Source of the DNA: Nanobdellota archaeon
GTDB lineage: Archaea > Nanobdellota > Nanobdellia > Pacearchaeales > GW2011-AR1
Assembly (NCBI GenBank): GCA_038045185.1
Contig: JBBSYO010000022.1
Coordinates: 164 to 64,163 of the forward strand
Direction of reading: 5' to 3'
Length of the DNA: 64,000 bases
The notes below the pieces were generated by a model that was not told the origin of the DNA, searched no databases, and saw only the letters and a list, made by a program, of their open reading frames with translations. Below are positions 61,837-64,000 of this stretch, piece after piece. Each line of letters starts with the position of its first letter. Positions within the stretch are counted from its first letter, which is position 1. The position numbers and the translations under genes were made by a program.

Positions 61837-62559
61837 ATGGATGGAAGCGAATTAATTGCGCTCAGAGGCGTAGCAAAATACTACGAAATGGGGGATAACG
61901 TAGTCAAAGCTTTAGATAACATTAACATAAAAATTGAGCAGGGAGATTTTGTTGCAATAATGGGTCCTTCTGGAAGCGGAAAATCAACTGCCATGAATCT
62001 TGTCGGCTCACTCGATATTCCAACTAAAGGAGAGATCAGACTCCACGACCGAAACATCTCGTACCTTAGTGAGTCGGAACTTGCTCAATTGAGAGGTAAA
62101 AAAGTCGGATTTATCTTTCAGAGCTTCAACCTCATTAATAATTTAACAGCGAAGGAAAATGTCATGCTTCCGATGCTTTTCCAAAACGTCTCAAGAGAAG
62201 AAAGAGAGAAAAAGGCTGAAGATATACTGCGTTTAGTCGAATTAGACGAAAGAATGGGCCACTATCCAAACCAGCTCTCTGGAGGGCAGCAGCAACGCGT
62301 TGCCATTGCAAGAGCGCTGGCAAATAACCCTGATATAATCCTCGCAGACGAACCGACAGGAAATTTAGACACGAAAACCGGCGCAAGAGTTCTAGATTTC
62401 CTTGAAAAGCTACATCAACAGGGAAAGACAATAATTATGGTTACTCACGACTCAACTCTTGCGCAAAGCCACGCGCGGAAGATTTATTGGCTTAGAGATG
62501 GCAAGGTTGAGAGAGTTACAAGGAAAGTTAAAGATAAATGGGTGGAAGTGAGGACGTAG
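61837..62559 (+). CDS. ABC transporter ATP-binding protein (MacB/LolD-FtsE-like)
   Basis: Walker [10 protein letters not shown], signature [15 protein letters not shown], Walker B IILADEPT; start at the internal ATG MDGSEL. Confidence 0.85.
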   Translation: MDGSELIALRGVAKYYEMGDNVVKALDNINIKIEQGDFVAIMGPSGSGKSTAMNLVGSLDIPTKGEIRLHDRNISYLSESELAQLRGKKVGFIFQSFNLINNLTAKENVMLPMLFQNVSREEREKKAEDILRLVELDERMGHYPNQLSGGQQQRVAIARALANNPDIILADEPTGNLDTKTGARVLDFLEKLHQQGKTIIMVTHDSTLAQSHARKIYWLRDGKVERVTRKVKDKWVEVRT

Positions 62560-62618
62560 TGTTTTAACTATTAAGTAACTACCGAAACGCTTTTAAACAC
62601 TCTATCTCTCAAGTTTTT

Positions 62619-63461
62619 ATGAATAAAATACTTGCCTTGCTGGCTTTAGCAGTTTTGAGTTTTCAGCTAGCTTCGGCAATGACAATCAATTCAGTTTCTG
62701 TAGACAACATCTCTCCAGGTACCGAAGGGGTAATTAGAATAGAAGTTGAAAATACGCTAAATGAACTCGCTAAAGACATTAATCTGAATCTCAACTTTCA
62801 AGGCTTGCCATTTATTCCGGTGGGAAGCTCTTCGGGCGGAGTTGATGAACTTAAAGAAGATGATGAAGAGAATTTTGCTTTTAGAATAAGAGCTTCAAAC
62901 GATGTCGCTCCGGGAGATTATCAAATTCCCTATGTGCTTACATTTAGAATAAACAGCGGACCTCAAACAAGAGAAGGTTCGATAGGAATTTCTGTAAATG
63001 CCCAGCCAGAATTATCATATTCCGCAGACATAGAAAATCCAATCGTGGGCAGGCAGAGCAAAATAAACCTCAAAATTGTCAATAAGGGACTGGCTGATGC
63101 GAGGTTTGTTTCGGTCAATCTCAATCCATCAGGGTTCACGCTCTTATCAGAAAAAGAAGTTTATATCGGAACTGTGGATTCAGATGACTTTGAAACTGCA
63201 ACTTTTGAGGTTATATTCACAAGCGAAAAGCCCAAACTAACAGCAACTGTTGAATATACAGACTTTGACAACAGCAAGAAATTAGATGAAGTTAATCTTC
63301 CTACCAAGGTTTACACGCAAGAAAAAGCAATTGAACTTGGGATTATACAAAGAAACAACTGGCCTATTTATATTGGGGTAATCGTAGCCTTGGTAATTCT
63401 TTGGCTAATTTGGAGAGCGGTTAGAAAAAGGCAAAGAATGAAAAAAAGCATGGAGCGTTAG
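62619..63461 (+). CDS. secreted surface protein with an N-terminal signal peptide and C-terminal TM anchor (COG1361-like)
   Basis: 280 aa; hydrophobic N-terminus, beta-rich body, C-terminal TM helix followed by basic residues. Confidence 0.5.
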   Translation: MNKILALLALAVLSFQLASAMTINSVSVDNISPGTEGVIRIEVENTLNELAKDINLNLNFQGLPFIPVGSSSGGVDELKEDDEENFAFRIRASNDVAPGDYQIPYVLTFRINSGPQTREGSIGISVNAQPELSYSADIENPIVGRQSKINLKIVNKGLADARFVSVNLNPSGFTLLSEKEVYIGTVDSDDFETATFEVIFTSEKPKLTATVEYTDFDNSKKLDEVNLPTKVYTQEKAIELGIIQRNNWPIYIGVIVALVILWLIWRAVRKRQRMKKSMER

Positions 63462-63538
63462 CAGCTTATGAATTCAATCACTTTTTATTCAGATGAAAGG
63501 GGGCTCTAAAAAAGCTTAAATAGAATTTGCGTGTTATA

Positions 63539-64000
63539 TGGTCAATAAAGATTTAGCACACGAACAATTAGCCGCTATTAAACTTTCAATTGAAATAGGT
63601 AGAACATTACAAACAGACCATCCAGAAATAGCAAATTCCTATCGTGTGGGTCGCACTTTATCTGAGATTGCTGAAGCATTAGATGTTCAATCAAAGTATA
63701 AAGTGACGAGGATGGTGGCAGAGAGCAGCGTTTTTCGGGCATTGACTGGTTACAATGGAGGATTTAATGGACGCGCTTATTGCGGACTTATTCAAGAAGA
63801 TGAAAGAAGAATCTTAGGAAGAGAACATCGTCAAAAATACTCTGATATTAGCTACAAAGAGTGTCTTGGAATTCATAAAATGACGCGCCAGCAACGCATA
63901 GAATCTGGTCGCAGTGGCGGACTTATTGCGGGTCCTAAAAATGTTAAAGAAAAAAAAGGAATTCACGGGTTAACTCCCGAACAAAAAAGAGAAGCGTGCT
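63539..64000 (+). CDS. hypothetical protein (3' partial at window end)
   Basis: ORF continues past the end of the window; no family recognised. Confidence 0.3.

Overview
Archaeal chromosomal segment; the lineage is not assignable by eye. Evidence for archaea: eukaryote-type ribosomal proteins (L32e, L19e, S4e), SUI1, RNase P Rpp21, RpoN, an AglB/STT3 oligosaccharyltransferase, TATA-like AT boxes about 25 nt upstream of start codons with leaderless spacing, and pervasive ATGA stop/start overlaps. Layout: (1) 1-11.5 kb holds a conserved, uninterrupted-looking ribosomal protein operon (L3-L4-L23-L2-S19-L22-S3-L29-SUI1-S17-L14-[inserted ORF]-L24-S4e-L5-S14-S8-L6-L32e-L19e-L18-S5-L30-L15). An AT-rich 1 kb insertion carrying three small minus-strand ORFs (toxin/antitoxin-like) follows, and then secY. 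(2) 14-15.7 kb encodes a DUF106/EMC3-like insertase, a prefoldin-like protein and a SpoIIM-like membrane protein. (3) 15.7-55 kb is an approximately 40 kb, mostly AT-rich protein-glycosylation and nucleotide-sugar island. It contains AglH (Alg7-like), Alg14/Alg13 homologues, many GT2 genes, two GT-C membrane transferases, AglB (909 aa, WWDYG), two Wzx-like flippases, AsnB, rmlB, an rmlD-rmlA fusion, further RmlD-like genes, rmlC, gmd, a DegT-family protein with a His in place of the PLP-Lys (3-dehydratase type), two TylCIII-like C-methyltransferases, cupins and several SAM methyltransferases. The island is punctuated by at least four long noncoding regions packed with related TCAAGA...TCTTGA hairpin palindromes that share conserved sequence blocks. 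(4) 55-64 kb has an LhgO-like oxidoreductase, secF-secD, an AbrB-nucleotidyltransferase fusion, three tightly packed tRNAs (Gly-UCC, Arg-CCU, Leu-CAA), a tandem cmk-cmk fusion, Rpp21, RpoN, an ABC ATPase and a surface-anchored protein. No rRNA or CRISPR array was seen. All product calls come from motif recognition by eye; no database searches were possible.
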